64,000 bases of DNA from Lytechinus pictus (lineage: Eukaryota): assembly GCF_037042905.1 (NCBI RefSeq), contig NC_087252.1, positions 25,732,001 through 25,796,000 on the forward strand. The letters are read 5' to 3'. Under the pieces are notes generated by a model. The model saw only the letters and a list, made by a program, of their open reading frames with translations, had not been told where the DNA came from and ran no database searches. The position numbers and the translations under genes are program-made. Of the stretch, positions 1-12,789 are shown piece by piece; position 1 is the first letter of the stretch; every line of letters starts with the position of its first letter.

Positions 1-1707
1 GTTGAGGAGAGTCTTTTGAACTCAGTGATTTCTGAGATATATAGGCTCTTTTCCGCGAGGGAGTATAGCTTGCAAGCGCTTTGGAAAAATTTCAAATCTG
101 AAGTTGCAAAATCCGCTTCATGGTGCTAATCAGTTTTAAAATAAAAGGGCATAATTTCGAGTTATTTAAGTGCGAATCGCGACCTCAAAATTTTTTGTCA
201 CCAGAAACATGAATACCTTTGATGCTAACGCGAAACGCGAGAAAATTGTAAATAATAGAAACTTAGACACTGGACATTCTAAACATTTTAAAAACCGTAA
301 ACAGGATAAGTACTACCTTAATGAATAATGATAATTGATGGAGCGCGAAGCACGAGCCAAACATTTAGTGATGTTTTAACCTAAAATGTATTATTTTACT
401 TCTTAAAAAGTATATTGTTAGAAAAAGACATATTTCATTTAAAAAAGACCTCTATTTTGGAAAAAAAAAATAGTTTCCTATGGTTATTTTTAGGGGGACA
501 AGGCGGAGAGGGGGGCAATTGGGGGCATGTGCCTCCTTTTCCATGTGGGACTAAATGATCAACAGAAAGCACTGAACTATCAATAAAAATATGAATTGTC
601 CAATATATAGATTATTTTATGAAAATTACAAGTGATAAGGATAAGGAAGTATTAAAGAGGAGAAAATTATCCCATTATTTTCTTTGTGTAACTTAACGAT
701 GAAATGACAATATCTTTTTGCAATTAAGATATTTTCGTTAATTAGGATTAAATTCTGGATTTCATTAGATGATAGTTTAAAGGTTCCCCAAAGCTTGCAT
801 AGCTTTAAACAAAAATTGAAAAGCACATTGTTTTCCAAATACATAAACCTCAACAGTGACTGACTTGAAGAATCATTTTCTCTCTCTCTCTCTCCCTCTT
901 TCTTTTACTCTTACATCAGCTTTTTCATTTTATTTATTTTTGCACTAATATGCACAATAATATAATTCAATTTGTGCGTGTCATTTGTAGTTACATCCTA
1001 TATGTAACATTGTAAGTGTTCAGTGTATGCAGTCATGAAAACAGTGTTTGGCTAATTATGTATTTTACTTTACGAAAAACAAATTATATGCCTACTATTC
1101 GTCATGTTCATATTTTCGGGATCTAGGGACCTTCTCCCCGACTTACTGCACTTAGTTATTTAATACTTTGCTAATTTTCTATACAATGATCACTTTTTGA
1201 AATTGACATTTTAATCCAATTGTTCTTTGTTTATCATGTATGTATGTATGTATTATTGTGAATTATAATTATTCTCCAGTTATTACTATGAATTTGTAAA
1301 TGAAACAATGCAAATCAAATCAAAGTATGGTACCAATAAAGATATATTGTACATCTTTCCTCCTGCGTTGTGCTCGCTTGTTTTATTTTTAGATACATGC
1401 AGGTAAGTTTTGTAAAGAAAATGATTTGGCACATTTGGCGAGTACGATGACAAAATTGTAATTCTGATACCTCATGGCCCATTCTACATTCGATTACAAG
1501 AAAAAAAGATACCCCCCCCCCAAAAAAAAAGAAAACAATCCTGGACTCGCACTTTAGTCTATAACTTGTTTCAAAATTGAAAGTCCCCTTTTTGCAAAAT
1601 GATGTATGCAGCCATTTTCTGTTCTCTTGTTTTTCGCAAAACTTACAAGATACTTACATATTTTAAAATATAAAATGCATATTTCAGTAAGCAACAAATA
1701 TCACTCC

Positions 1708-1710
<3 letters not shown>

Positions 1711-1754
<44 letters not shown>
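1711..1754. repeat. (AT)n microsatellite
   Basis: Perfect AT dinucleotide run of about 44 bp. Confidence 0.95.
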
Positions 1755-1756
<2 letters not shown>

Positions 1757-2033
1757 ACATAACTTGGTGCGAGGTCATCTGTTCGGAAATTTCAGAAAAC
1801 TATTAAAGGCGACTCCTCCATTTCGAGGCCATTTGTAAAATGAAATGTCTTGTATCTTTTGTATAGGCACTCATGAATCATGAATGCAGTTAATATATAT
1901 ATTAACTGCATTCATGAGTGCCTATACAAAATATACAAGACATTTCAATTTACAAATGGCCTCGAAATGGAGGAGTCGCCTTTAATAGTTTTCTGAAATT
2001 TCCGAACAGATGACCTCGCACCAAGTTATGTTG
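1755..2033. repeat. Near-perfect 279-bp palindrome (hairpin/MITE-like)
   Basis: caacataacttggtgcgagg... is the reverse complement of ...cctcgcaccaagttatgttg; centre is gcagttaatatatatattaactgc (~1897) with no spacer; left arm has a 7-bp duplication (catgaat). Confidence 0.9.
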
Positions 2034-3103
2034 CTACCTCGGGCATGTTAACATTACATCAACAAAACCTACATCCAGTCACAGCAAAGTGTCAAATCAA
2101 GTGGTGGGCGGACTTGAACTTGGGGCGGATTAGCCCCACTCTTCCCTATCCGATTTGTTAGATGTATCCTATTCATCAGTCACGATATGCTCGCGCTTGT
2201 GTAAATTCTTTAGTTAATTTGATACACGTAACAAAAACTGGTAGTAATTTTTAATTTTCTTGTCTTATTACATAAAATATCAAAAAGTTTGAGATGGTGA
2301 TTCGCGCCTGTAACATCTCGCAAGGATGCTCTTTTGACAGTAATCACCACAATGGACAAAAAATCGAATTTCACATATTCAGGTTTTAAATTTTTCCTGA
2401 CCATTTGCTCGCGGAAAAAATAAAGCCTACGTAAAATTATGTAATCAATCACTAGTCCTGAAGGCTTTGCTCAACTTTAGTACCACAAAACTCACAACTA
2501 CTTCACGCAGATGATAATCTCATGGTGAAAATATCCGTTTGCACCAAATGCCCATTTTGACATATAAGTTCCCTTTTTTACTCCCCTTCCAACTTTCATG
2601 GGGTGCACGCCTTTCCCCTGTTTACTGCACTTGTGGTAGCTAGCGCATATATAAAAAAGGAAATGACTCATTGAACCCTTTCCCTTCTCAATATCTTTCT
2701 CTTTCTTATTTTATTTCTATCTCCAAGTTTGGAACTTTTGAGGGACTAGAGCCAGAGTCCCCTTCTTTACGACAGTGGTTTTAATTGTTAAAGGACAAGT
2801 CCACCCCAACAAAAAGTTGATTTGAATAAAAATATAAAAATCTAGCAAGCATAACACTGAAAATTTCATCGAAATTGGATGAAAAATAAGAAAGTTATTA
2901 CATTTAAAACTTTCGCTTAATTTCACAAAACAGTTATATACACATCCTGGTCAGTATGCAAATAAGGAGACTTATGACGTCATCCACTCTTTCTTTTGTA
3001 TTTTATTATCTGAACTATGAAACATTCTCATTTTCTCCTTATTGTCAACTGATACAAGGATTAATTCCTCCCTGAACATGTGGAATTATAATTATTTAAT
3101 GCT

Positions 3104-6100
3104 ATATTTATTTATTTCAGTTTTCACGCAGGGTAGTATGAGGCGCCGAATGTACCAATATTATATAGAACAATTATTTGTTATATAATCATTATTTATT
3201 AAATAATAACTATTATTTATATATAATTTACATTTTATTTGTAAATAACTACTATTATATAAAATATCATTTCTAATTATTTATATATAATTCCAAGTAA
3301 TACTTCATTATTTGTAAATAATAATAGTTCGACATTCCATTATTTATAAATAATGATTATTTGTTTTTCATTATTTACAAATAATGATTATTTGTTTTTC
3401 ATTATTTATAAATAATGATTATTTGTTTTTCATTATTTATAAATAATTTGTTGAGTTTTCCATTATTTATAAATAATGATTATTTGTTAAATAATGAAAA
3501 CGTCTACTTCATTATTTATAAATAATTTTTTCGAGTGCACCATTATTCTCATTATTTATAAATAATCATTATTTAATGTTCGAGTTTTCCATTATTTATA
3601 AATAAAGATTATTTGTTAAATAATGAAATATCTACTTCATTATTTATAAATAATAATTTTGTTTCAATATCCCATTAATCATTATTTATAAACAATTTTT
3701 ACAGTTTGCCATTATATACAAATAATCATTATTTATATACAAATAACCATTATTTATTAAATAATGCCATTATTTATTAAATAATGCCATTATTTATTAA
3801 ATAATGGAAAACTCGCTATAACATGCAAATGTGGGACCGCCCATGATATGAATATTCATGATGCGATTTCCTTTTTCGTGATTTTTCTTCACAAATTTTT
3901 GTCCATTTCCTCTTCATAATGACATTTCTTGAAGCAATTTTCTAGGGATATGGTCTGATTGTAATATTCTTCATTTTCTATATAACTTCGTCTTCGTAGA
4001 AATATCAAAAAGTGTAATTTTATACGATTTTTCCTACAGTTCACAATCCCCATAGGCGCGCGTGTACGGTAGGGACAACCGGTGAATCGACGGAGTGCTC
4101 TTCATCGAAATACTACGTTGGTTGGTCCCCGGAAGTGGCGGGCGGAATTTAGCCCGAATCCTCGATGGAAGTCGATCAAGTGCATATGAGCTGAGAGAGT
4201 GAAATATCAGTGTACTTGTACAGGCCCTTCTACTTTTTATAAATATTTCTTGTTGCTTTTTTTGTTAAGTTAATTTTTCCTGGTGTAGAGATAAGTTTCA
4301 GTTCTAATAATGCACTTCAAATACATTTTGGAGTGTCTGTTTGAGGCGTTTGGGGCGATTTCACCCTGGCCCCAAAATGCTCGCAACGACAATAAGGGGG
4401 CATGATGACCCCTAAATTTTTAAAAACTTATTTTTCTATTGAAAATTATCTCAAAATTCACCAAAAGTGTGCACGAAAGCCTCCGTATTTCACTTTTAAA
4501 ACTCCAAAAAGTGCCCAAATGACAAGCTTGGTCGCTTCGCTGTGTCGCATTCAACTTGAGAACGTTTACGCGTCTGCTTCGATATATCCCCCCCCCCTCC
4601 TCCGAAAGAAATTATGTATACGGCCATGCTCTAAAGAGCCTGGCACATTGATTTACTTTCATTTTCATTATTTTTATCTCATTATCAACATGGCCTTACG
4701 TAGAATTTTTTCCAGGGGGGCCGGGGCCGGAGCATGACGCGCGTAAACTTTCTCAAAAAAATCTTGAAAGCGAGACAGCCACGGGACCAATGAAGCCCAA
4801 ATGACAGGCTTGGTCGCTTCGCTGTCTCGCTTTCAACTTGAGAACGTTTACGCGCGTCTGCCCCCACCCCCCGAAAGAAATTCTGTGAACGGCCATGCTC
4901 AAAAGAGCATATGGCACATTGATTTATATGTACTTTTCATTTTCATTATTTTTATCACATTATCATCATGGCCTTACACAGAATTTTTACCGGGGGGGGG
5001 GGAGCAGCTAGGACGCGCGTAAAGTTTCTCAAAAAAATCTTGAAAGCGAGACAGCGACGCGACCAAGCTCAAATGACAAGCTTGGTCGCTTCGCTTTTTC
5101 AAGATTTTTATGAGAAAGTTTACGCGCGTCCTGCTCCCCCCACCCCCCCCCCCCCCGGAAAAAATTCTGCGTAAGGCCATGATGATAATGAGATAAAAAT
5201 AATGAAAATGAAGTATACATAAATCAATGTGCCAGGCTCTTTAGAGCATGGCCGTATACATAATTTCTTTCGGAGGAGGGGGGGGGGGGGGGAAGCAGAC
5301 GCGTAAACGTTCTCAAGTTGAAAGCGACACAGCGAAGCGACCAAGCTTGTCATTTGGGCACTTTTTGGAGTTTTAAAAGTGAAATACGAAGGCTTTCGTG
5401 CACACTTTTGGTGAATTTTGTGATAATTTTCAATAGAAAAATAAGTTTTTAAAAATTTAGGGGTCATCATGCCCCCGTATTGTCGTTGCGAGCATTTTGG
5501 GGCCAGGGTGAAATCGCCCCAAACGCCTCAAACAGACACTCCAAAATGTATTTGAAGTGCATTATTAGAACTGAAACTTATCTCTACACCAGGAAAAATT
5601 AACTTAACAAAAAAAGCAACAAGAAATATTTATAAAAAGTAGAAGGGCCTGTACAAGTACACTGATATTTCACTCTCTCAGCTCATATGCACTTGATCGA
5701 CTTCCATCGAGGATTCGGGCTAAATTCCGCCCGCCACTTCCGGGGACCAACCAACGTAGTATTTCGATGAAGAGCACTCCGTCGATTCACCGGTTGTCCC
5801 TACCGTACACGCGCGCCTATGGGGATTGTGAACTGTAGGAAAAATCGTATAAAATTACACTTTTTGATATTTCTACGAAGACGAAGTTATATAGAAAATG
5901 AAGAATATTACAATCAGACCATATCCCTAGAAAATTGCTTCAAGAAATGTCATTATGAAGAGGAAATGGACAAAAATTTGTGAAGAAAAATCACGAAAAA
6001 GGAAATCGCATCATGAATATTCATATCATGGGCGGTCCCACATTTGCATGTTATAGCGAGTTTTCCATTATTTAATAAATAATGGCATTATTTAATAAAT

Positions 6101-6780
6101 AATGGCATTATTTAATAAATAATGGTTATTTGTATATAAATAATGATTATTTGTATATAATGGCAAACTGTAAAAATTGTTTATAAATAATGATTAATGG
6201 GATATTGAAACAAAATTATTATTTATAAATAATGAAGTAGATATTTCATTATTTAACAAATAATCTTTATTTATAAATAATGGAAAACTCGAACATTAAA
6301 TAATGATTATTTATAAATAATGAGAATAATGGTGCACTCGAAAAAATTATTTATAAATAATGAAGTAGACGTTTTCATTATTTAACAAATAATCATTATT
6401 TATAAATAATGGAAAACTCAACAAATTATTTATAAATAATGAAAAACAAATAATCATTATTTATAAATAATGAAAAACAAATAATCATTATTTGTAAATA
6501 ATGAAAAACAAATAATCATTATTTATAAATAATGGAATGTCGAACTATTATTATTTACAAATAATGAAGTATTGCTTGGAATTATATATAAATAATTAGA
6601 AAAGATATTTCATATAATAGTAGTTATTTACAAATAAAATGTAAATTATATATAAATAATAGTTATTATTTAATAAATAATGATTATATAACAAATAATT
6701 GTTCTATATAATATTGGTACATTCGGCGCCTCATAGGGTAGCCCTTTCAGTTATAGAACTGATTTACAAAGAGGCCCTGC
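3104..6780 (-). mobile_element. Short 3' tail of a non-LTR retroelement (3104-3136 plus 6742-6780), split by the foldback element
   Basis: With the insertion removed, the minus strand reads gcagggcctctttgtaaatcagttctataactgaaagggctaccctgc followed by (aaat)n: a stem-loop plus simple-repeat tail typical of CR1/L2-group 3' ends. Confidence 0.5.
3137..6735. mobile_element. 3.6-kb non-autonomous foldback DNA transposon (IS3EU-like termini; TU/FB-like modular arms)
   Basis: Arms of ~1.58 kb are nearly identical inverted repeats starting TATGAGGCGCCGAATG; 6-bp direct repeat GGGTAG at 3131-3136 and 6736-6741; outer domain of cattatttataaataat-type tandem repeats; no transposase ORF. Confidence 0.88.
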
Positions 6781-7744
6781 AAAATATGGTTTAGTCAAGT
6801 TGGTCATTAATGTTAAAACTGTAAAAAAATGAAATATTTTATAATTCAAACAATTGAAAACAAAATAAATAGTGAGTGATGGACATCATCGACTGTCTTA
6901 TTAACATGTCACTGAGTTGTGCATATCACTGTTTTGTGAAAAATAAGCGAAAATTAAAAATGTCATAACTTTCTTATTTTACATCCGATTTTGATGAAAT
7001 CTTTAGTTAAGCTAGTTTGATTTTTCTCTACTTATTCAAATCAACGTTTTTCTCGGGTGGACTTGACCTTTAATAAGCTAACCATTTTTTCATAAATAAT
7101 AAACAAAGCAGGATTACACATATGTTATAAACTTCGGCATTTATTGCCATGTCAGAAATGAAAGTTAGCATTTCAAATAGTCGCAAAACAAATCCTCATT
7201 AAAAGGATGATCCGGGCTGAAAATATTTATATCTAAATAAATAGTTAAATTCACTGAGCAAAATGTTGAAAATTTCATCAAAATCGGATAAGAAATAACG
7301 AAGTTTTATCAATATTTTGTGAAAACAGTTATATGCACATCGTCATGAATATTCATTAGGTGGGCTGATGTCACATCCCCCCTTCCCTTTTCTTATGTTA
7401 TTACATGAGTCATAAATGCTTCATTTTTTCATACATGTGTAAATGATGTGTCTCCATTATGATGAAATAAGTTGCGGCAGTAAATAACTAATGCACTTAA
7501 TCAGTTGTCAATCCAATTGTTTTAGTTCTTTGTAGAAATTTTTTGAATAAACCTAATTTCATATAATGAAATACAAAAGAACAAGTGGGAAAGGATATCA
7601 TCAGCCCACCTAATGAATATTCATAATTACATGCCTAGAACTATTTAACCGGCAAAATGCAAATCTTTAATATTCAATAACTTTGTTATTTGTTATCCGA
7701 TTTTTATAAAACTTTCAGCATTTTGCTTTGTGAATTTTACTCTA

Positions 7745-10700
7745 CAGTGCCGGCCGCAGGAAACGTCACGCCCGAGCACGCAAACACCCTAGGGGGCTTT
7801 TGCGTCTAACCGAGGGTATTCAAGGGGAGCCCCCTAGGGTGTTTAGCCGCGCCCGCAGTTTCCTGCGTGCTATATAATATTGGCCGTGCCCGCACTTATC
7901 CTTGGGTACCCTAGGGTACGTACATTGCATTATGTTTACATGTGCATGTACTTTGGTTATGTTGTGATAGACCATTATATTTTTAAACTAGCGTGATCAG
8001 AATCTATTCTAGATTTTTTTTTTTTTAGATGTTGTTTGTTTTGTTTTCTTTCATTTTTTCATTTCTGTTTTCCCTTTTAATTCTTTTCCCTTATTCCCTC
8101 TTTCCTTTCTTCCTTCCTTCATGTTTTCTTCTGTCTTAGTTTCTTTCAAATAATGAAGGAATTATTTTTCTTTCTTTCTTTCTTTCTCTTTTCCTCCATT
8201 TTTCTTACTTTTCTCTTTTCTCTCCTTATGTTTTTTCTTTCACACATTTATTCATCTTCCCTTCCTTTATTTTAATTCTTTCTTTCTTTATTCATTTCAA
8301 GTAATGACGGAAACTGTTATCTGTCTTTTATTCTTTCTTTCATCCTTTTATTCAAACTTTTTTCCTTTTAATTTTTCCTTATTTTTTTCTTTCCTCTCAA
8401 TTCATTTCTTGTTTCCTCATTTTTTTTTCTCTTTTGTTTCTTCCGCTCACCCTCCCTCCCCCTTTCTTAATATATTTTGTTAACAAGTCTAACATTGTGT
8501 AGCCTTTTTGTTGATTTTTTGGCCTGGCTCGGTCGATCCGATGGTACATAGTGCTTTGTCGATTGTCCCGTATTTAATTTTGTGAAATCTGGTAACCCTT
8601 GCTGGAACATCGAATTTATTGTTTTTCATTTACCGCAATGAATCTAATCAATTAATCTAATTTGATGCATTAGGTAAACTTTTTTTCCTTACGCCTTACG
8701 TGGGAGGCATACATGTATCATACAAACTTGTTTTAAAAAATAGGACACAATTGTGATTTAATGTCATGGAGATCAATTCTTTATCTTTTGTGATAAGTTT
8801 TTTTTTCTCTCTCCATACGTACCCATTCCTCTCCCTTCAGCGTGAACTTTACACCTAATCCCATCTCCTTATTATGAACAGTGTAAGAACTAGAAAACAT
8901 TTGAAACATTCTTCCTTGAGTTTTAACGGGGTGCACAGGGTGGAATCAGGAAAGAAGAAAGAAAGGCATATCAACAACAAAAAATAGTTAAAATAGACAA
9001 AAGACATTAATAAGCAGACTTGATTTTTTTTGTAAATCAAAATTGACAAGTTATTAACAGAGTGAATGTTAACAAACATTAATGACAAACTTAAAATAAA
9101 ACAGAATTATGAATATCAAGGGCATTTGCGAATTATCATTATGTTAAAACAAACGTGCGGTCAATATTGGGATCGTCAATTCGTTGACATGGTTGATAAA
9201 ACCCTAATAAAGGGAATGAAAGGTACGTGAAAACGAATACTAGTATAACCAAGATCTTACAAAGTAGACGTGCAAAAAGCGAACACCAGCATAACTGGTT
9301 GTGCTCATCGATTTGTTATTTGGTTCTTTTGTTATTGTCAACAGTCTGGTCGAGTCTTGCTCCCCGCCCACACCTTTGATCACATCCGCTTCCCAATTTA
9401 TGACAGGATGTTCATAGAAATGGGGGAGGGGGGTAATTTGTTGATGCGTTAACAACAATAAATGAGGATGTTCTGTTCATTTCGGTTCAAATCGGGTCTC
9501 TAAAACCCTCACCCTATAAAAAGTATAAATTTACCTAAATGTAACAGATGGAACAGATTTATCTTTTTGCTAAAACATCTGATTACATTACCTGCACTCT
9601 ATTGCGGTTTTTAAGTTACATTGGTAGATATTCGAATTGGGAAGAGATGAAAGTGGTGGAAATAATAAATGAGAAGAAGGAAGAAATATACTTTGTTATA
9701 TGAATTGGAAATGATAAAACCAAGTCACAACTTGGTATAATACAGAATCCAGTGTTATATGGCAGCTAAAAATAATAATACATGACATCCATCTTGATTG
9801 GATGCTTAATGCGCTTCAGAGCAAAGCAACAAAAGCTATTTACATAATGTAACTATTTAAAAAAAATTCTAGCGCATTTAGCTTCAATGTTTAAACACAT
9901 ACCCTAGTAAAAGTATGTTTTCGAAAGCTACTATGACGTAGTGTGTGGAATGGGTACTTAACGAGTTAATTATCACTTTCCGACAAAGCAAGAATGGAGC
10001 AGCTATACAGACCATTCTATTCTTTTGTTAAGAGTTTTGGTGGGTGCTCACGCAAACGCTAACTATCAAACCTAACAATTCTTTTGGGGGAACAAAGGAG
10101 TCAGTCAAGCCAAGTTAAAGAATGAAAGCCCCGTCCCGGTTCACCTTTATATAGTCGAAAATCCTTTTAATCATCACGCGTGAGCATTACTGAGTAAAAC
10201 AAGTTTCATAACTAAGTACTGCAAAACTATATGGTATACATATTACCATGAAACAATAAGCCCCCTCTATTTTCTCTTTCTCCCCTTTCCCCTTCGTTTC
10301 TTCGCTCCCTTCTGCTTCTCTCACTTTTTCTATTTCCTTCTCATTTTCCCTCCATCCCTTCCTATTTGCCTTTTTCTTTCATTTTTCTTTCTTCTTTCTT
10401 GAAGGAGCAGATGTTAATTCGGGACAAGTTTTTAATTGATGCAACGAGAGCAGGAAATTGTGAGCATGGTGAGAGAAAATAATTACAAGATTGAGCGCAA
10501 GAATGTTCAATACTTGTCATCAGCGTAAAAATGGGCAGATGCGAGTTACTAACGTATTTTCTGACATGAAAATCTGGACAAATTCCCAAATTTTTCTTCC
10601 CACTTTCTCTCTTTTCCTCTACTTTTTCTTAAGTCCCACTTCTATTGTCCCCTGTACTTCTTACCTTTTCCTGCGCCCTTCCTTCTCTTCCCCTTTTCGC

Positions 10701-11725
10701 TTTTTTACTCCATTTTATTATGTCTCCCTTCTTCATTTTATTTAATTTCCCCCTCCTTATCATTCTCTCTTTCTCATTCTGTCCTTCCTTTTCTTCCTTT
10801 ATCTCTTCTTCTTCCCTTCGATTTTCAATCTATTTTCCTTTTCTCCTTTTCCCTCTTTTCTTTCTGCCTCACCTTCCCTTTTTTATCCCCTCTGTTTTCT
10901 TCTCCATTTCACCTTTTCCTTATTTCTTTTCTTTACCCCCTCTCCCTCTTTCTCCTCTTCGCCCCCCCCCCCCTATTTTCTCTTTCTGCACTTTCCCCTT
11001 CTCTCACTTTTTCTTTTTCCTTCTCGTCTTCAATCCATCCCTTCATTTTCGCCTTTTCTTTCATTTTTGTTTCTTCTTCTCCCTTTTATCTGCATCTCGT
11101 AGATCCGCGCCTGAAAGGCATGTCAGGGTATATAAAAAAGGATGACCATGTAGGGAAAGAATAGAGTAGATGGTTCTAGGACGACCTCTGGAATGTAGGG
11201 TCAACATCGACAAATACCTGCTCCTTTGTCAGAAACTCATTTACGATCACGACTAACCATGTCAGTGAATGAAATAACGGACACCACGGGAGAATATTCA
11301 TATACTAGTACATGTATAGGAAAGGACCCTTTACACTGGTGCCAGTGTGTAATCGAACACAATAAGTAATTCGGTGAAAAGCCTAAAATCCCAGTTATCA
11401 ACCCAAAACTTTGTAATTTTCATAACAGATTTTATCCACGATAAATTATCGAAAACTTATGCTTGATATGAGATAAAAATCACATGCAGTCTTGAACGAA
11501 TGTGTCAAATCAGACCTCCTCTTTCGACCAAGAATGCCCGGCCGAACATACTAGGGAAACACCCTAGGATAGACGCGGGCACTATCCTCGGGCGCTCCCC
11601 TAGGGCACTCATGTCCTAGGGGAGCGGACGCGGGCGTCTTCCCTCGTCCGCTCCCCTCAAATGTCCGCTACGGGCTACCGCGTTCGCCCTAGGGGGCACT
11701 GTGACGTTTCCCGCGGCCGGCACTG
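7745..11725. mobile_element. 3981-bp non-autonomous Tc1/mariner-type element
   Basis: 25-bp TIR CAGTGCCGGCCGC(A/G)GGAAACGTCAC with 1 mismatch; TA on both sides; repeated subterminal CCTAGG motifs; interior is low-complexity with no transposase ORF. Confidence 0.85.
9300..9415 (-). pseudogene. Possible degraded Penelope-like GIY-YIG endonuclease C-terminal fragment
   Basis: Translation HPVINWEADVIKGVGGEQDSTRLLTITKEPNNKSMS resembles the HxIDWexvkii..E....R...EAi.I......mN pattern of Penelope endonucleases; judged by eye only. Confidence 0.35.
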
Positions 11726-12059
11726 TATGTATTGATATGTAAATATCTCCAGCTGGGACCATCCCTTCATAAGGTAAACTCTTTGGTAAAAATTGTTTAT
11801 TTGTAAAAGAAGAAAAGCAAGATGTGCAAAGATATCATTTTCTTAATTTCTTTTGATTTTTGGCCTCAGTGCATAGCATTTCTTTATAAATTAGCTAAAT
11901 CGAAGTCCTGGTTCAAAGATAATTTTAGATGTTTCTCAGTCTTCTCATGCTCATCTTTTATCATATTTGTCACATCTTATCATATTTCCACAATACTTTT
12001 ACTTGCCTCATACCAGTGCTGGTGCTCACACACATTATTCATATATTCTGTACTCTTAT

Positions 12060-12276
12060 GGGGTGTTGCAAGAAACTTGCAATTGATCGCAAGTCAATTT
12101 CAGGTCCCAAAATCAATTGAAATTCATGCATTTCATTGCAAATTTGCAACTGACTGATGGCCTGCTTTTTGCATCAACAAGTATAAATTGATTTGCTTTA
12201 GTTTAAATTGATCTATTACTTGTAAATTTGCATCATAAATTTGCAATTGATCGCAAATATTTTCTTGCAACACCCC
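12060..12276. mobile_element. MITE with GGGGTGTTGCAAGAAA TIRs (Harbinger-like termini)
   Basis: 16-bp perfect TIR; internal ttgcaattgatcgcaa motifs; a degenerate relative lies at ~60921-61090. Confidence 0.75.
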
Positions 12277-12789
12277 AACATTAATTTTAAGGCATCTATG
12301 AATTTGACATACATCAACTCAAGTAACTGAAGCATCACCAGGCTTAAACATTATAAAATGAATGAATGTAAGTCATTATAATAAGCTTAAGATACAGTAC
12401 ATAAAGCACTCAAGAAACACATGTGCATATAAAGTGCTGATGTGACTTTATTGAAGAAAAAATCAACAAAATACACTGAGATGTGAAGCAAATCTAGTCG
12501 TCAATATACTTCATAAAACTCTTAGATTAAGAAAGACAAAAGTCATGTTATCTGTATGGGTAACAAATACTCTACTCCACAAAACTATTCAAATAATAGT
12601 TTAAATTAAACTCCATATATCTCATACCATAAGGAAGACCAAACAATTTAGATTAGAAGGCCACACCCCGATGTGTACAAGACAACCTATTACTTGAGGT
12701 GGAGTGGGCCTGTTTCTATAAAATATATGTACATAAAAGAAAGAGCAATCCAAAGAAACAAACGTACTAGCAAAATGATGCTATATATA

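Larger units (their letters stand above)
2788..7073. mobile_element. Kolobok-type MITE, split by nested insertions (own sequence ~2788-3103 and ~6781-7073)
   Basis: TTAA-AGGACAAGTCCACCCC at the left end, GGGTGGACTTGACCT-TTAA at the right end; imperfect long TIRs; TTAA TSD with purine-purine termini. Confidence 0.75.
7199..11770. mobile_element. Kolobok-type MITE, split (own sequence ~7199-7744 and ~11726-11770)
   Basis: ttaaaaggatgatccgggctgaaaatattt at the left end matches the degenerate ...aaatatctccagctgggaccatcccttcat at the right end; internal inverted symmetry. Confidence 0.65.

Noticed and set aside
4402..5470. Paired 111-aa and 116-aa ORFs on opposite strands
   Set aside because: They mirror each other only because of the palindrome; no recognisable domain, and they cross poly-C runs.
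10260..11145. Phe/Leu/Ser-rich hydrophobic ORFs (also 8030-8470 and 43363-43711)
   Set aside because: Translations of low-complexity polypyrimidine or polypurine tracts.
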